From: Octopus bimaculoides
Lineage: Eukaryota
DNA: 49,246 nucleotides
Reading direction: 5' to 3'
Assembly: GCF_001194135.2 (NCBI RefSeq)
Contig: NC_068988.1
Coordinates: forward strand, 7,013,048 to 7,062,293
Shown here: one piece after another, positions 23,815 to 36,246 of the stretch
Layout: every line of letters begins with the position of its first letter
Numbering within the stretch: position 1 is the first letter of the stretch
Notes under the pieces: model-generated
Seen by the model: only the letters and a program-made list of their open reading frames with translations
What the model was told of the DNA's origin: nothing
Database searches by the model: none
Made by a program: the position numbers and the translations under genes

Positions 23815-24240
23815 TTATTAGTATCATCATCATAATCATTATTATTATTATTGTCATTGCCTTTGCACAGCTTCTAACGCTGGAGATGTGCTACAGTCTC
23901 AGCTGTTATCAGTGAACTAAGATAACATCCCTTATTTTTCGAGCACCTTCCGGAGTATTCGAGTGGTTCCAAGCAGTGCTGTTTTCTGCAAGTGCTCCAC
24001 CCTTATTGCAGCCCCTATTTGTTCCACGTACTTCTCGAGAGTTTTGCTCACTGTTCCCAGGGCTCCGACAATTATTGGTACTACTGCTACCTTTTTCATC
24101 GGTCACAACTGCTTAACTTCCCAAGCTAACCTGTCGTATTTCTCTACTTTTCTTTCTTCCTTATCGCATACCTTGTTGTTAGATGGGGTTGCTATATCTA
24201 TGATCCAGCATAGTTTGTTTTCTTTCTCAATTAAGATTAT
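23815..24240 (-). mobile_element. R4/Dong-type LINE, RLE domain plus 3' UTR and (AAT)n tail
   Basis: ILIEKENKLCWIIDIATPSNNKVCDKEERKVEKYDRLAWEVKQL*PMKKVAVVPIIVGALGTVSKTLEKYVEQIGAAIRVEHLQKTALLGTTRILRKVLEK*: D...K..KY RLE motif, one internal stop, terminal stop 23932-23934. Confidence 0.92.
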
Positions 24241-24256
24241 GTATATATATATATAT

Positions 24257-24457
24257 ACTTTTATTATTTTACTTGTTTCAGACATTTCGATTGCGGCCAT
24301 GCTGGAGCACCGCCTTTAGTCGAACAAATAGACTCCAGGACTTATTCTTTGTAAGCCTAGTACTTATTCTATCGGACTCCTTTGCCGAATCGCTATGGTA
24401 CGAGGACGTAAACACACCAATATCCGTTGTCAAGCGATGTTAGGGAAGACAAACAGA
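24257..24457 (-). mobile_element. SINE family B, 3' half
   Basis: cttgtttcagacatttcgattgcggccatgctggagcaccgcc...gttgtcaagcgatg. Confidence 0.88.
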
Positions 24458-24464
24458 AGCAAGA

Positions 24465-24611
24465 ACAAAGAGTGAAAGAAAGTTGTGGTGAAAGAGTTCA
24501 GCAGGGCTGGCCACCACCCACTGCCGGAGCGTCGTAGAGCTTTAGGTGTTTTCGTTCAATAAACAAAAAACGCTCAGTGTGGGAATCGAAACCACGATCC
24601 TACCACCCCGA
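24465..24611 (-). mobile_element. SINE family C head region, fused to the family B tail
   Basis: gaaagttgtggtgaaagag...gggaatcgaaaccacgatcctac matches the C head. Confidence 0.8.
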
Positions 24612-26374
24612 ATATATATACATATATACATTAATAACCACACATGCACCTATATACATATAAATAATAGATGTTATAGATATGTGTGTATATATATATA
24701 TATATGTATGTATGTATGTNNNNNNNNNNATATATATATAAACCCACATATGTATATGATTTTATGTATGTATATATGTTAGGTTATTGTTTATGGGTAT
24801 ATGTTCAAGTGTGTATACATCCATATATATACATACATAAATACACACGTGTTAATAAGTGCACTTGTATTCAATGGTCGTACTTCATATATATTTTTCT
24901 ATAAAGTAGATATTGCACCTGCTACCTCTTGGCCATCTTACAAGGACTGATCGCAGCCTCTTGGGAAATGCACAACAGCAGAAACTAACACCAGACGAAC
25001 GGTGTTAATATTGCAGTAAGATGGGTCACTGTTTCATCCATCACGCGATCGTTATCTTGCTTACTCAACACTCTCACACATTCGCGGATCCCGCACGCAC
25101 ATAAACGTAGAAACTTGTATACACATACACGTACATGTGCTTGTGTGTGTGTGTGTGTGTGTGTGTGTNNNNNNNNNNNNNNNNNNNNNNNNNNNNNNNN
25201 NNNNNNNNNNNNNNNNNNNNNNNNNNNNNNNNNNNNNNNNNNNNNNNNNNNNNNNNNNNNNNNNNNNNNNNNNNNNNNNNNNNNNNNNNNNNNNNNNNNN
25301 NNNNNNNNNNNNNNNNNNNNNNNNNNNNNNNNNNNNNNNNNNNNNNNNNNNNNNNNNNNNNNNNNNNNNNNNNNNNNNNNNNNNNNNNNNNNNNNNNNNN
25401 NNNNNNNNNNNNNNNNNNNNNNNNNNNNNNNNNNNNNNNNNNNNNNNNNNNNNNNNNNNNNNNNNNNNNNNNNNNNNNNNNNNNNNNNNNNNNNNNNNNN
25501 NNNNNNNNNNNNNNNNNNNNNNNNNNNNNNNNNNNNNNNNNNNNNNNNNNNNNNNNNNNNNNNNNNNNNNNNNNNNNNNNNNNNNNNNNNNNNNNNNNNN
25601 NNNNNNNNNNNNNNNNNNNNNNNNNNNNNNNNNNNNNNNNNNNNNNNNNNNNNNNNNNNNNNNNNNNNNNNNNNNNNNNNNNNNNNNNNNNNNNNNNNNN
25701 NNNNNNNNNNNNNNNNNNNNNNNNNNNNNNNNNNNNNNNNNNNNNNNNNNNNNNNNNNNNNNNNNNNNNNNNNNNNNNNNNNNNNNNNNNNNNNNNNNNN
25801 NNNNNNNNNNNNNNNNNNNNNNNNNNNNNNNNNNNNNNNNNNNNNNNNNNNNNNNNNNNNNNNNNNNNNNNNNNNNNNNNNNNNNNNNNNNNNNNNNNNN
25901 CATACCTTCATCTACATGTATATATAGATGCATATCTGGGTGCATGACGTTGCAAAAAAAACACGGACAAAATGATAAACAAGGTACAACAAACAAGCAG
26001 GCCACATAGAGAATATATCCTTCATCAGCTGCCACCATTATAACACTGGAGTTTCGAAGAGTTAGGGCAGGACACATCGTTAAAATGGCTTTTCCCACGG
26101 ACACTATTTTAAATTTGTTCCATTGAGGATTAGTGGCGGACAGAAAACAAGACAGGAAAACGAAACGGTGAAATAAACAAACAAAAAAGGCTATACAGCC
26201 AGACGTGGAAAAGTATGTGTATATTGAACGCTGTGAAGCACGAACTGCAAGGACGAAAATGTACGTGCGAGTTTGGGGAGACCAAGAATGAAAAGAATTA
26301 GTAGCTGGACACAAGTGACCAGCGAGGGGTAGGGAGAAAGAGTGGTAGAGGTAGAGAGAGAGAGAGGTAGTGAG

Positions 26375-26407
<33 letters not shown>

Positions 26408-26783
26408 TAGTAGTGACGGGGAGAGGCGAAGGACGATATATATATATACATACATGCATACATATATATATGTATATATATATACATATGTATGTATGGA
26501 TGTATGTCTGCGTGTGTTTGTGTATATGTGTGTGAATGTTTGTGTGTACGTGCATGTGCTTGTGTTCGTATGCCTGTATATGTAAGAAGGTGTGTGTACG
26601 CTTGTGCGTGCAGAACACACCTAAACACACGCACGCACACACGTAAACACACGCACAGACGCACACGGGGGATGTGAAAACGTAGAAACTGGATACGTTT
26701 TATCGGACCGATCATTATTTACCATTTTCTATGAACTTTTACCTGCAAATATGACAAAAAAATGGTGGAAGTCACACTCATTC

Positions 26784-26828
<45 letters not shown>

Positions 26829-27843
26829 TTCCTTCTCTTTCCCTTTCTCAGCTAAACACACACGTAATCACACAAGTATAAACACATGACCACAAGTAAC
26901 AACTTACAAAAACTCATACGAGCGCGTTGCACAGCATCCAGAAAAAAATGTTGGTCATTTTAAGCAGTGCCTAATAGCAAATTTGGCAAGAAGCCACCTT
27001 AAGTTGAAGATGGTCCGACCTAAGATCTGGAGATCTATTCGTTCCTCCCGGAGATTTTCTCTATAAAAATCCCTATCAGAGTTGGGGATCTTCCGNNNNN
27101 NNNNNNNNNNNNNNNNNNNNNNNNNNNNNNNNNNNNNNNNNNNNNNNNNNNNNNNNNNNNNNNNNNNNNNNNNNNNNNNNNNNNNNNNNNNNNNNNNNNN
27201 NNNNNNNNNNNNNNNNNNNNNNNNNNNNNNNNNNNNNNNNNNNNNNNNNNNNNNNNNNNNNNNNNNNNNNNNNNNNNNNNNNNNNNNNNNNNNNNNNNNN
27301 NNNNNNNNNNNNNNNNNNNNNNNNNNNNNNNNNNNNNNNNNNNNNNNNNNNNNNNNNNNNNNNNNNNNNNNNNNNNNNNNNNNNNNNNNNNNNNNNNNNN
27401 NNNNNNNNNNNNNNNNNNNNNNNNNNNNNNNNNNNNNNNNNNNNNNNNNNNNNNNNNNNNNNNNNNNNNNNNNNNNNNNNNNNNNNNNNNNNNNNNNNNN
27501 NNNNNNNNNNNNNNNNNNNNNNNNNNNNNNNNNNNNNNNNNNNNNNNNNNNNNNNNNNNNNNNNNNNNNNNNNNNNNNNNNNNNNNNNNNNNNNNNNNNN
27601 NNNNNNNNNNNNNNNNNNNNNNNNNNNNNNNNNNNNNNNNNNNNNNNNNNNNNNNNNNNNNNNNNNNNNNNNNNNNNNNNNNNNNNNNNNNNNNNNNNNN
27701 NNNNNNNNNNNNNNNNNNNNNNNNNNNNNNNNNNNNNNNNNNNNNNNNNNNNNNNNNNNNNNNNNNNNNNNNNNNNNNNNNNNNNNNNNNNNNNNNNNNN
27801 NNNNNNNNNNNNNNNNNNNNNNNNNNNNNNNNNNNNNNNNNNN

Positions 27844-27891
<48 letters not shown>

Positions 27892-28522
27892 TGTATACAT
27901 ATACGTATGTATAAATGTATATGTGTGCGTCTAAGTATGTACGTATGTATGCAAGTGCGTACGTATGTATGTATGTATGTATGTATGTATGTATGCATTG
28001 TGTATGCTACGATGACAGGTTGGTTGAAAGTTGAAGGCATAAAGGGACAGATGTTGGGAGATGAAATCGACTGAAAAGATACGAGAGGTGTGAGAGGCAT
28101 CGAGGGCCGCATGCACCGCTTACAGAGGACGAACAGACAGACGCATAAAAAGAATAAGAAAGGAGAAGAGAAACAGACAGACCGACTGATAAACGGCAGA
28201 GTGCCATTGTGCCACAGTGCCAGAGTGCTAGAGAGCCACGGTGCCAGAAAGGCGAAGTGAGACATGCAATGAGACAGCTTGGATGGACAGGAATTGAAAG
28301 CGAAGAGAGGAAGACGTGCAAAAATTTGAAAGATATAGAGAGAGTCGGAGAGTGAGGTAGTAAGAGAGAGAGAGGAGGAGGAAGACAGAGGAAGAGAGAA
28401 TGAGTGGAGCAGAATATATTAGAAGAGACGTGAGTTGTGGTGGGAGTAGAATTGAAAGAGGAGTAGTTGGAGGAGGAAAGGATGTGACTTATGATTTTAT
28501 ATTCATAAAGTGAGTATTCTTT

Positions 28523-28780
28523 CTTTTGGCTTATACTTGCGTCTGTCAATTGACTGTGGCCATGCTGGGGCACCGCCTTGAAGGGCTTTTAGTCGAACAA
28601 ATCGACCCCAGGACGATTTTTTTTATTTATTTTTTATTTTTTGTTATTTATCTTTTCTTTTTTTTTTGTAAACCTGGTACTTATTCTATCGGTCTCTTTT
28701 GCCGGACCACTATCGTACGGGGGCGTAAACACACCAACACCAGTTGTCAAGCGGTGTTGGGGGACAAACGCAGACAGACA
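28523..28780 (-). mobile_element. SINE family B, 3' half
   Basis: tgactgtggccatgctggggcaccgcc...gttgtcaagcggtgttggggacaaac. Confidence 0.85.
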
Positions 28781-28784
28781 GGGA

Positions 28785-29109
28785 CACTGCGTAGCACGTT
28801 GGGCAAGTGGCTCCTACTATAGCCTCGGGCCGACCAAAGCCTTGTGAGTGGATTTAGTAGACGGAAACTGAAAGAAGCCCGTCGTATATATATGTGTGTG
28901 TATTTGTGTGTCTCTTTTTATCTCCCTCACCATCGCTTGACAACCGATGTTGGTGAGTCTATGCCCTCGTAACTTAGCGGTTCAGCAAAAGATCTCGACA
29001 GAATAAGTACTAGGCTTACAAAGAATAAGTCCTGGGGTCAATTTGTTCGGCTAAAGACAGTGCTCCAGTATGGCCGCAGTCAAATAAATCACTGAAACAA
29101 GTATAAGAA
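28785..29109 (+). mobile_element. SINE family B, 5'-truncated
   Basis: cactgcgtagcacgttgggcaag...ctgaaacaagtataagaat. Confidence 0.88.
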
Positions 29110-29120
29110 TACATACATAC

Positions 29121-29169
<49 letters not shown>

Positions 29170-29315
29170 TATATACATATATATATGTACATATATATAT
29201 ATATGTACATATATATATATATTTATATATATGCCGACCAGTTTCTCTGAAAACCTGATGGATGGACAGACAGAGACACACAGATAGATAGATAGATAGA
29301 TAGATACAGACAGGC

Positions 29316-29350
<35 letters not shown>

Positions 29351-30471
29351 TAGATAGAAAGATAGATAGATAGATGAATATATATCCATATATATGCATG
29401 TATGGTTTGTTCGTTAGGGTTGAACCTGTGAAAAAGAAAGAGAAAGAGACGGCGTGAGGGAATGAGAGAATGAAAGACTGAATGAACGAATAACAGAATG
29501 CGTGAATGACGGAATCAGAGAGCGAGAGAAGCGGGGGGGGGCAGAGAGTGGGTGGGGTGTGTTGATTGAAGGGAATAGTGTTGAATACGTACAACTTTGG
29601 CAAGAAGAAACAGTGTGACGGCGTTGAGACCATCTGGTTGAAGATTTGCTTTGGGTGTTATTAGTGAGATAACTACGACAGATGGGAACGGAACNNNNNN
29701 NNNNNNNNNNNNNNNNNNNNNNNNNNNNNNNNNNNNNNNNNNNNNNNNNNNNNNNNNNNNNNNNNNNNNNNNNNNNNNNNNNNNNNNNNNNNNNNNNNNN
29801 NNNNNNNNNNNNNNNNNNNNNNNNNNNNNNNNNNNNNNNNNNNNNNNNNNNNNNNNNNNNNNNNNNNNNNNNNNNNNNNNNNNNNNNNNNNNNNNNNNNN
29901 NNNNNNNNNNNTATATATATATATATATATATATATATGCATAGATAGATAGATAGTAAAATATGGCATACAACCCAAACTGCTATGCATATCGATCTTA
30001 AAATTGTTTGTTCAAAATACCTATTACGGACCCTCTTCGTAATATTAGTCGACAACAAAAAACTCGACTGGCTGTGTTGGGATTGCTCTACTTCAGAGCC
30101 ATCTCAGACGTTTTCTAAATGATGGCAAATATATTCGTTATATATATTACAATGAAAAATGCTAGTTCACCTTCTCCATGTTACCTAACTTAAATGTTCA
30201 CCCTGATGACTTTCTTTGTATATTTGCAATATTTATGTTGGATCTTTAAAATTTTCTTGTCTTTCTTATTTCTTTTTTTTTTTTTCATAAATTCTATGGC
30301 TATAATCGTGATGTATTTCATCGGAAACATCTTACTATCAAATCTTATTGTAAACCGTGTAGTCCTCAGAAAGTTGTAATCACCCACCGGCAAGTCTAGT
30401 CTATGCATTATTCCTGTACTTCGTGTGTGAAATCTCTCTATGTCTCTCTTTTACACTTTCATTCCCCTCTC

Positions 30472-30563
<92 letters not shown>

Positions 30564-30850
30564 GAAAGATATATACGCATATATAAACACATACATACAT
30601 ATATACATGCTGAAATATATGTATGCATGTATACAACTATGTGTGATAATATGTATTTATCCATGTATCTATCTCTCTATATGTGTGTGTGCGCGCATGT
30701 GCATGTGTGTGTGTATACACAGGTATACATATATATAAAAATGTTTTCAGATATATATGTACATATTTGTATATATAAATATTTATATACATATACATAC
30801 ATATAGACATACGCTGACCACTACACATATTTTTTTCTCTCCTTGTTTCT

Positions 30851-30988
30851 TTCTGTGTTCCTTTCTGTTGAAGAGCGTAGGCTCGAAACGTTAAAGACAT
30901 TCTCTATTCCCGAGCGTTATACTAATACATCCATTTGTTGATTGCACCACCTGTCTTCGTCTGTTGTTTTTTCGTGAATTCTCCCTAT
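30851..30988 (+). mobile_element. Penelope-like pLTR / retrozyme-like segment abutting (TA)n and a gap
   Basis: Carries a minimal hammerhead motif and sits in TA-rich microsatellite; the PLE assignment is inferred. Confidence 0.6.
30861..30896 (+). ncRNA. Minimal type-I hammerhead ribozyme motif (core CUGUUGA)
   Basis: CTTT-CTGTTGA-A-GAGC(GTAG)GCTC-GAAA-CG-TT-AAAG; perfect 4-bp stems I and II, palindromic stem III AACGTT, GUU cleavage triplet. Confidence 0.72.
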
Positions 30989-31186
30989 ANNNNNNNNNNN
31001 NNNNNNNNNNNNNNNNNNNNNNNNNNNNNNNNNNNNNNNNNNNNNNNNNNNNNNNNNNNNNNNNNNNNNNNNNNNNNNNNNNNNNNNNNNNNNNNNNNNN
31101 NNNNNNNNNNNNNNNNNNNNNNNNNNNNNNNNNNNNNNNNNNNNNNNNNNNNNNNNNNNNNNNNNNNNNNNNNNNNNNNNNNNNNN

Positions 31187-31472
31187 TCCACAGACACGTG
31201 CACCCTTAACGTAGTTCTAGGGGAGATTCAGCGTGACGCACAGTGAGACAGGGCTGGCCCTTTGAAATCCAGGTACAAAAGAAACTGGAAGAAAGTGTGA
31301 GAGAAAGTTATGGTGAAAGAATACGGCAGGGTTCGCCACCACCCCCTGCAGGAGCCTTGTGGAACTTTAGGTATCTTCGCTCATTAAACACTCACAACGA
31401 CCGGTCTGGGAATCGAAACATCGATCCTACGACCGCGAGTCCGCTGCCTTAACCACTAGGCCATTACGCTTC
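31187..31472 (-). mobile_element. tRNA-Arg-derived SINE, family C2
   Basis: Head gaccgcgagtccgctgccttaaccactaggcc; tail module ctggccctttgaaatccaggtac; runs into a gap. Confidence 0.85.
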
Positions 31473-32886
31473 TGCATGAACGAATGTATGGACTAAAACA
31501 CCTGTCGTTGAAGTTTCTCGAACATTCGATTGAATGAGCATGCGTGAGATTTCAAATAACGGCAGAGGACTTAAACCAAATAAATATTATCATATGCCAT
31601 TGAGTATATTTTCTCATCGTTATGTATATTAATACACAAAAACATACATACATACATACATATATACACACATACATGTAGATATATAAGTGTGTGCGTG
31701 TGTGTGTTTGTGTGTGTGCGTGTATGGATGATTTCAGCCATATTAGTTGAGTACGTGTGAAAAAAGAGTATCACCATCATCTGCTTCTTGTTGTTCTTCT
31801 TTTGTTTTTCCTTCATTGTTTTTGTAATTACTTCTTCACTTCTTTCTATTCTTCTTTTTATTCCTCACTCTTTCTCTCTCTCNNNNNNNNNNNNNNNNNN
31901 NNNNNNNNNNNNNNNNNNNNNNNNNNNNNNNNNNNNNNNNNNNNNNNNNNNNNNNNNNNNNNNNNNNNNNNNNNNNNNNNNNNNNNNNNNNNNNNNNNNN
32001 NNNNNNNNNNNNNNNNNNNNNNNNNNNNNNNNNNNNNNNNNNNNNNNNNNNNNNNNNNNNNNNNNNNNNNNNNNNNNNNNNNNNNNNNNNNNNNNNNNNN
32101 NNNNNNNNNNNNNNNNNNNNNNNNNNNNNNNNNNNNNNNNNNNNNNNNNNNNNNNNNNNNNNNNNNNNNNNNNNNNNNNNNNNNNNNNNNNNNNNNNNNN
32201 NNNNNNNNNNNNNNNNNNNNNNNNNNNNNNNNNNNNNNNNNNNNNNNNNNNNNNNNNNNNNNNNNNNNNNNNNNNNNNNNNNNNNNNNNNNNNNNNNNNN
32301 NNNNNNNNNNNNNNNNNNNNNNNNNNNNNNNNNNNNNNNNNNNNNNNNNNNNNNNNNNNNNNNNNNNNNNNNNNNNNNNNNNNNNNNNNNNNNNNNNNNN
32401 NNNNNNNNNNNNNNNNNNNNNNNNNNNNNNNNNNNNNNNNNNNNNNNNNNNNNNNNNNNNNNNNNNNNNNNNNNNNNNNNNNNNNNNNNNNNNNNNNNNN
32501 NNNNNNNNNNNNNNNNNNNNNNNNNNNNNNNNNNNNNNNNNNNNNNNNNNNNNNNNNNNNNNNNNNNNNNNNNNNNNNNNNNNNNNNNNNNNNNNNNNNN
32601 NNNNNNNNNNNNNNNNNNNNNNNNNNNNNNNNNNNNNNNNNNNNNNNNNNNNNNNNNNNNNNNNNNNNNNNNNNNNNNNNNNNNNNNNNNNNNNNNNNNN
32701 NNNNNNNNNNNNNNNNNNNNNNNNNNNNNNNNNNNNNNNNNNNNNNNNNNNNNNNNNNNNNNNNNNNNNNNNNNNNNNNNNNNNNNNNNNNNNNNNNNNN
32801 NNNNNNNNNNNNNNNNNNNNNNNNNNNNNNNNNNNNNNGCACACACACACACACACACACCCATATAAATGTATATCCTTTTACAC

Positions 32887-33292
32887 TTTTACTTTTTTAT
32901 CTGTTTCAGTTATTTGACTGCGGCCATGCTGGAGCACCGCCTTTAGTCGAACTAATCGATGCCAGGACTTATTCTTCGTAAGCCTACTACTTATTCTATC
33001 AGGCATTTTGCCGAACTGCTAGTTACGGGGACGTAAACACACCAACATCGATTGTCAAGCGATGTTCGGATGGAGAAATACACACATACACACACACAGA
33101 AATATATATAAATATATATATATACGACGGGCTTCTTTCAGTTTCCGTCTACCAAATCCTCTCACAAGGCTTTGGTTGATCTTAGGCTATAGTAGAAGTC
33201 ATTTGCCCAAGGTGCCACGCAGTGGGACTGAACCCGGAACCATGTGGTTGGTAATAAGCAAGCTCTTTACCACATTGCCACACCTGCGCCTA
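32887..33292 (-). mobile_element. SINE family B, full length
   Basis: Both halves and the internal microsatellite are present. Confidence 0.92.
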
Positions 33293-33299
33293 TCTGTTG

Positions 33300-33486
33300 A
33301 TTTCTTTTTTTTTTTCCATTGTTCTTTCTGCTCCCCTACCTCTCTCTTTCTCTCTCTCCTTCTCTCTCTTTCTCTCTCTTTTCCCGTATCTCTCTTTCTT
33401 CAGCATTATATTTTTCTTCGCAATCTCATCATTCTTACTTTTTATCGATCTCCTGTCTCACCTCTATCTCTTATTACTTCTCTCTC

Positions 33487-33534
<48 letters not shown>

Positions 33535-34440
33535 GTTCTCATCTCTCTTTCTCTCTCTCTCTCATGATCTCTCTCTCTCACAATCTCTCTCTCTCTCTCC
33601 CATTCTCATCTCTCTCTCTCTCTCTCTCTCCCATTCTCNNNNNNNNNNNNNNNNNNNNNNNNNNNNNNNNNNNNNNNNNNNNNNNNNNNNNNNNNNNNNN
33701 NNNNNNNNNNNNNNNNNNNNNNNNNNNNNNNNNNNNNNNNNNNNNNNNNNNNNNNNNNNNNNNNNNNNNNNNNNNNNNNNNNNNNNNNNNNNNNNNNNNN
33801 NNNNNNNNNNNNNNNNNNNNNNNNNNNNNNNNNNNNNNNNNNNNNNNNNNNNNNNNNNNNNNNNNNNNNNNNNNNNNNNNNNNNNNNNNNNNNNNNNNNN
33901 NNNNNNNNNNNNNNNNNNNNNNNNNNNNNNNNNNNNNNNNNNNNNNNNNNNNNNNNNNNNNNNNNNNNNNNNNNNNNNNNNNNNNNNNNNNNNNNNNNNN
34001 NNNNNNNNNNNNNNNNNNNNNNNNNNNNNNNNNNNNNNNNNNNNNNNNNNNNNNNNNNNNNNNNNNNNNNNNNNNNNNNNNNNNNNNNNNNNNNNNNNNN
34101 NNNNNNNNNNNNNNNNNGATCTTCTCTCCTTCTTCTTTGCTTCCACCTCTTCTTCACTTTCCTTTTTCTCCTTTTTCCGTTTCCCTCCCTAAACTTTCCT
34201 TCTTCTCTATTTCTTATCTCTTCTTTCTCTCCCTCTCTCGCATTCTTTATTTCTTCTTCTTCTTCTTCTTCTTCTTCTCATCCACTTTCGCACGATCTCC
34301 TTCTCCTTTCTCTTTCTTATTTCCTTCATGTCTTTCTTTCTTTCTTTCCTTCTTCTTCTTTTATCTTCTTCTTTACGATTTTCTCTTTTTTCTATTTCTT
34401 ATTAATTTCTTCTTTCTCTTTGCCATTCTTCTTTGTCCCT
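33300..34440. repeat. Polypyrimidine (CT/CTT)n tract interrupted by a gap
   Basis: Direct reading. Confidence 0.9.
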
Positions 34441-34478
34441 CCATCTTCTTCCCCTTCCATCTACTACTACTATTGCTA

Positions 34479-34509
<31 letters not shown>

Positions 34510-34997
34510 ATCCCCTGTCTTCCTTCCATTTTTCAACGTCATGTTTATGTCTTCGCTAGAACCGTTGAAATTATGGGAACATAACAGTACAAAAAAAAAA
34601 AACAAAAGCACTCATCGATTTCTGCTCATCAGAAATACATCGATTTCTATAACAACAGTCCAGATGGAAGCCAACAGGAGCGATGGGTTTAACAGAAACT
34701 AAGACATATTCCCAAGGCGTTCATCTCAGAATCAGACACGGCCCGGATCTAACGGTGGTCTGTGTTCAAGGCCCACTTCCGACTTACGCTTCGCAGTTTC
34801 TTGTACCTCATTTTCCGATCTCCTCTCTTTCTGATTCTTCATTTTCTATTTTGAGCAAAAAAAAAAGCAAACCACTATATCGTTACCTCTCACATTACAT
34901 ACATACATACATACATATATATATACATACATACATGAATAAACACAATAGACCTGAAAAAAATGATTGGGGATAGAGAAGAGAAATTGTGAACAGT

Positions 34998-35091
34998 GAA
35001 TAAGTACTGGGGTCGGTTTGTCCGACCTAAATGGGCAGTGCTCCAGCATGGCCGCAGTCAAAATGGCTGAAACAAGTAAAAGAATAAAAGA
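34998..35091 (+). mobile_element. SINE family B, tail fragment
   Basis: cagtgctccagcatggccgcagtcaaaatggctgaaacaagtaaaagaataaaagaa. Confidence 0.82.
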
Positions 35092-36120
35092 ACCAGTTAG
35101 CGCTGGCACAACTGTTTGGCCAATAACATCGCTTCGTAGTGGCCTCGACGGCGGCGGCGTGAAACATAACGTGACAGGTGGCAGACAGATTGATGGATTT
35201 GCTGAGTGAAGCTGAGTTATTGAAAGTGAATGAAAGAGGAGGGTGGAAAAGAGAGATAGTGCTTGAGAGGTGGGGGGGTGTTTGGATTAATATAGAATGA
35301 TGTGACAGAAGGTGGAGATAAANNNNNNNNNNNNNNNNNNNNNNNNNNNNNNNNNNNNNNNNNNNNNNNNNNNNNNNNNNNNNNNNNNNNNNNNNNNNNN
35401 NNNNNNNNNNNNNNNNNNNNNNNNNNNNNNNNNNNNNNNNNNNNNNNNNNNNNNNNNNNNNNNNNNNNNNNNNNNNNNNNNNNNNNNNNNNNNNNNNNNN
35501 NNNNNNNNNNNNNNNNNNNNNNNNNNNNNNNNNNNNNNNNNNNNNNNNNNNNNNNNNNNNNNNNNNNNNNNNNNNNNNNNNNNNNNNNNNNNNNNNNNNN
35601 NNNNNNNNNNNNNNNNNNNNNNNNNNNNNNNNNNNNNNNNNNNNNNNNNNNNNNNNNNNNNNNNNNNNNNNNNNNNNNNNNNNNNNNNNNNNNNNNNNNN
35701 NNNNNNNNNNNNNNNNNNNNNNNNNNNNNNNNNNNNNNNNNNNNNNNNNNNNNNNNNNNNNNNNNNNNNNNNNNNNNNNNNNNNNNNNNNNNNNNNNNNN
35801 NNNNNNNNNNNNNNNNNNNNNNNNNNNNNNNNNNNNNNNNNNNNNNNNNNNNNNNNNNNATACATACATGCATACACATATATACACACACACACACGTA
35901 TACATACATAAATACACACACACAGATATACATATATATAGACATACATACATACGTGTACACATATGCACACATGTATATATACATACATACGCACACA
36001 AACACATATATCTACATACATACATCCATATACACATATATATATATACACACATATATGTATACACACACGCATATCTATACATACATACATACATACA
36101 TAGAGGGAAAGAGAAAGATT

Positions 36121-36129
36121 GACACATAC

Positions 36130-36216
<87 letters not shown>

Positions 36217-36246
36217 TGCAAAGAGAGAGAGAGAGAGAGAGAGAGA
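36121..36246. repeat. (TAGA)n(GA)n microsatellite
   Basis: Direct reading. Confidence 0.95.

Noticed and set aside
26001-26060. Minus-strand CTGATGAAGG motif with an upstream CGAAAC
   Set aside because: No GAAA after stem II, and no workable type-II or type-III fold
26955-27095. Minus ORF end RKIPNSDRDFYRENLREERIDLQILGRTIFNLRWLLAKFAIRHCLK
   Set aside because: Too short and gap-bounded; I could not match it to GIY-YIG or any other family
34617-34636. atttctg-ctcat-cagaaat hairpin reading CTGATGAGCAGAAA on the minus strand
   Set aside because: No stem II between the core and GAAA; a simple 7-bp inverted repeat
34777-34830. Minus-strand GTAAGT donor after KERRSENEVQETAK
   Set aside because: No plausible upstream acceptor
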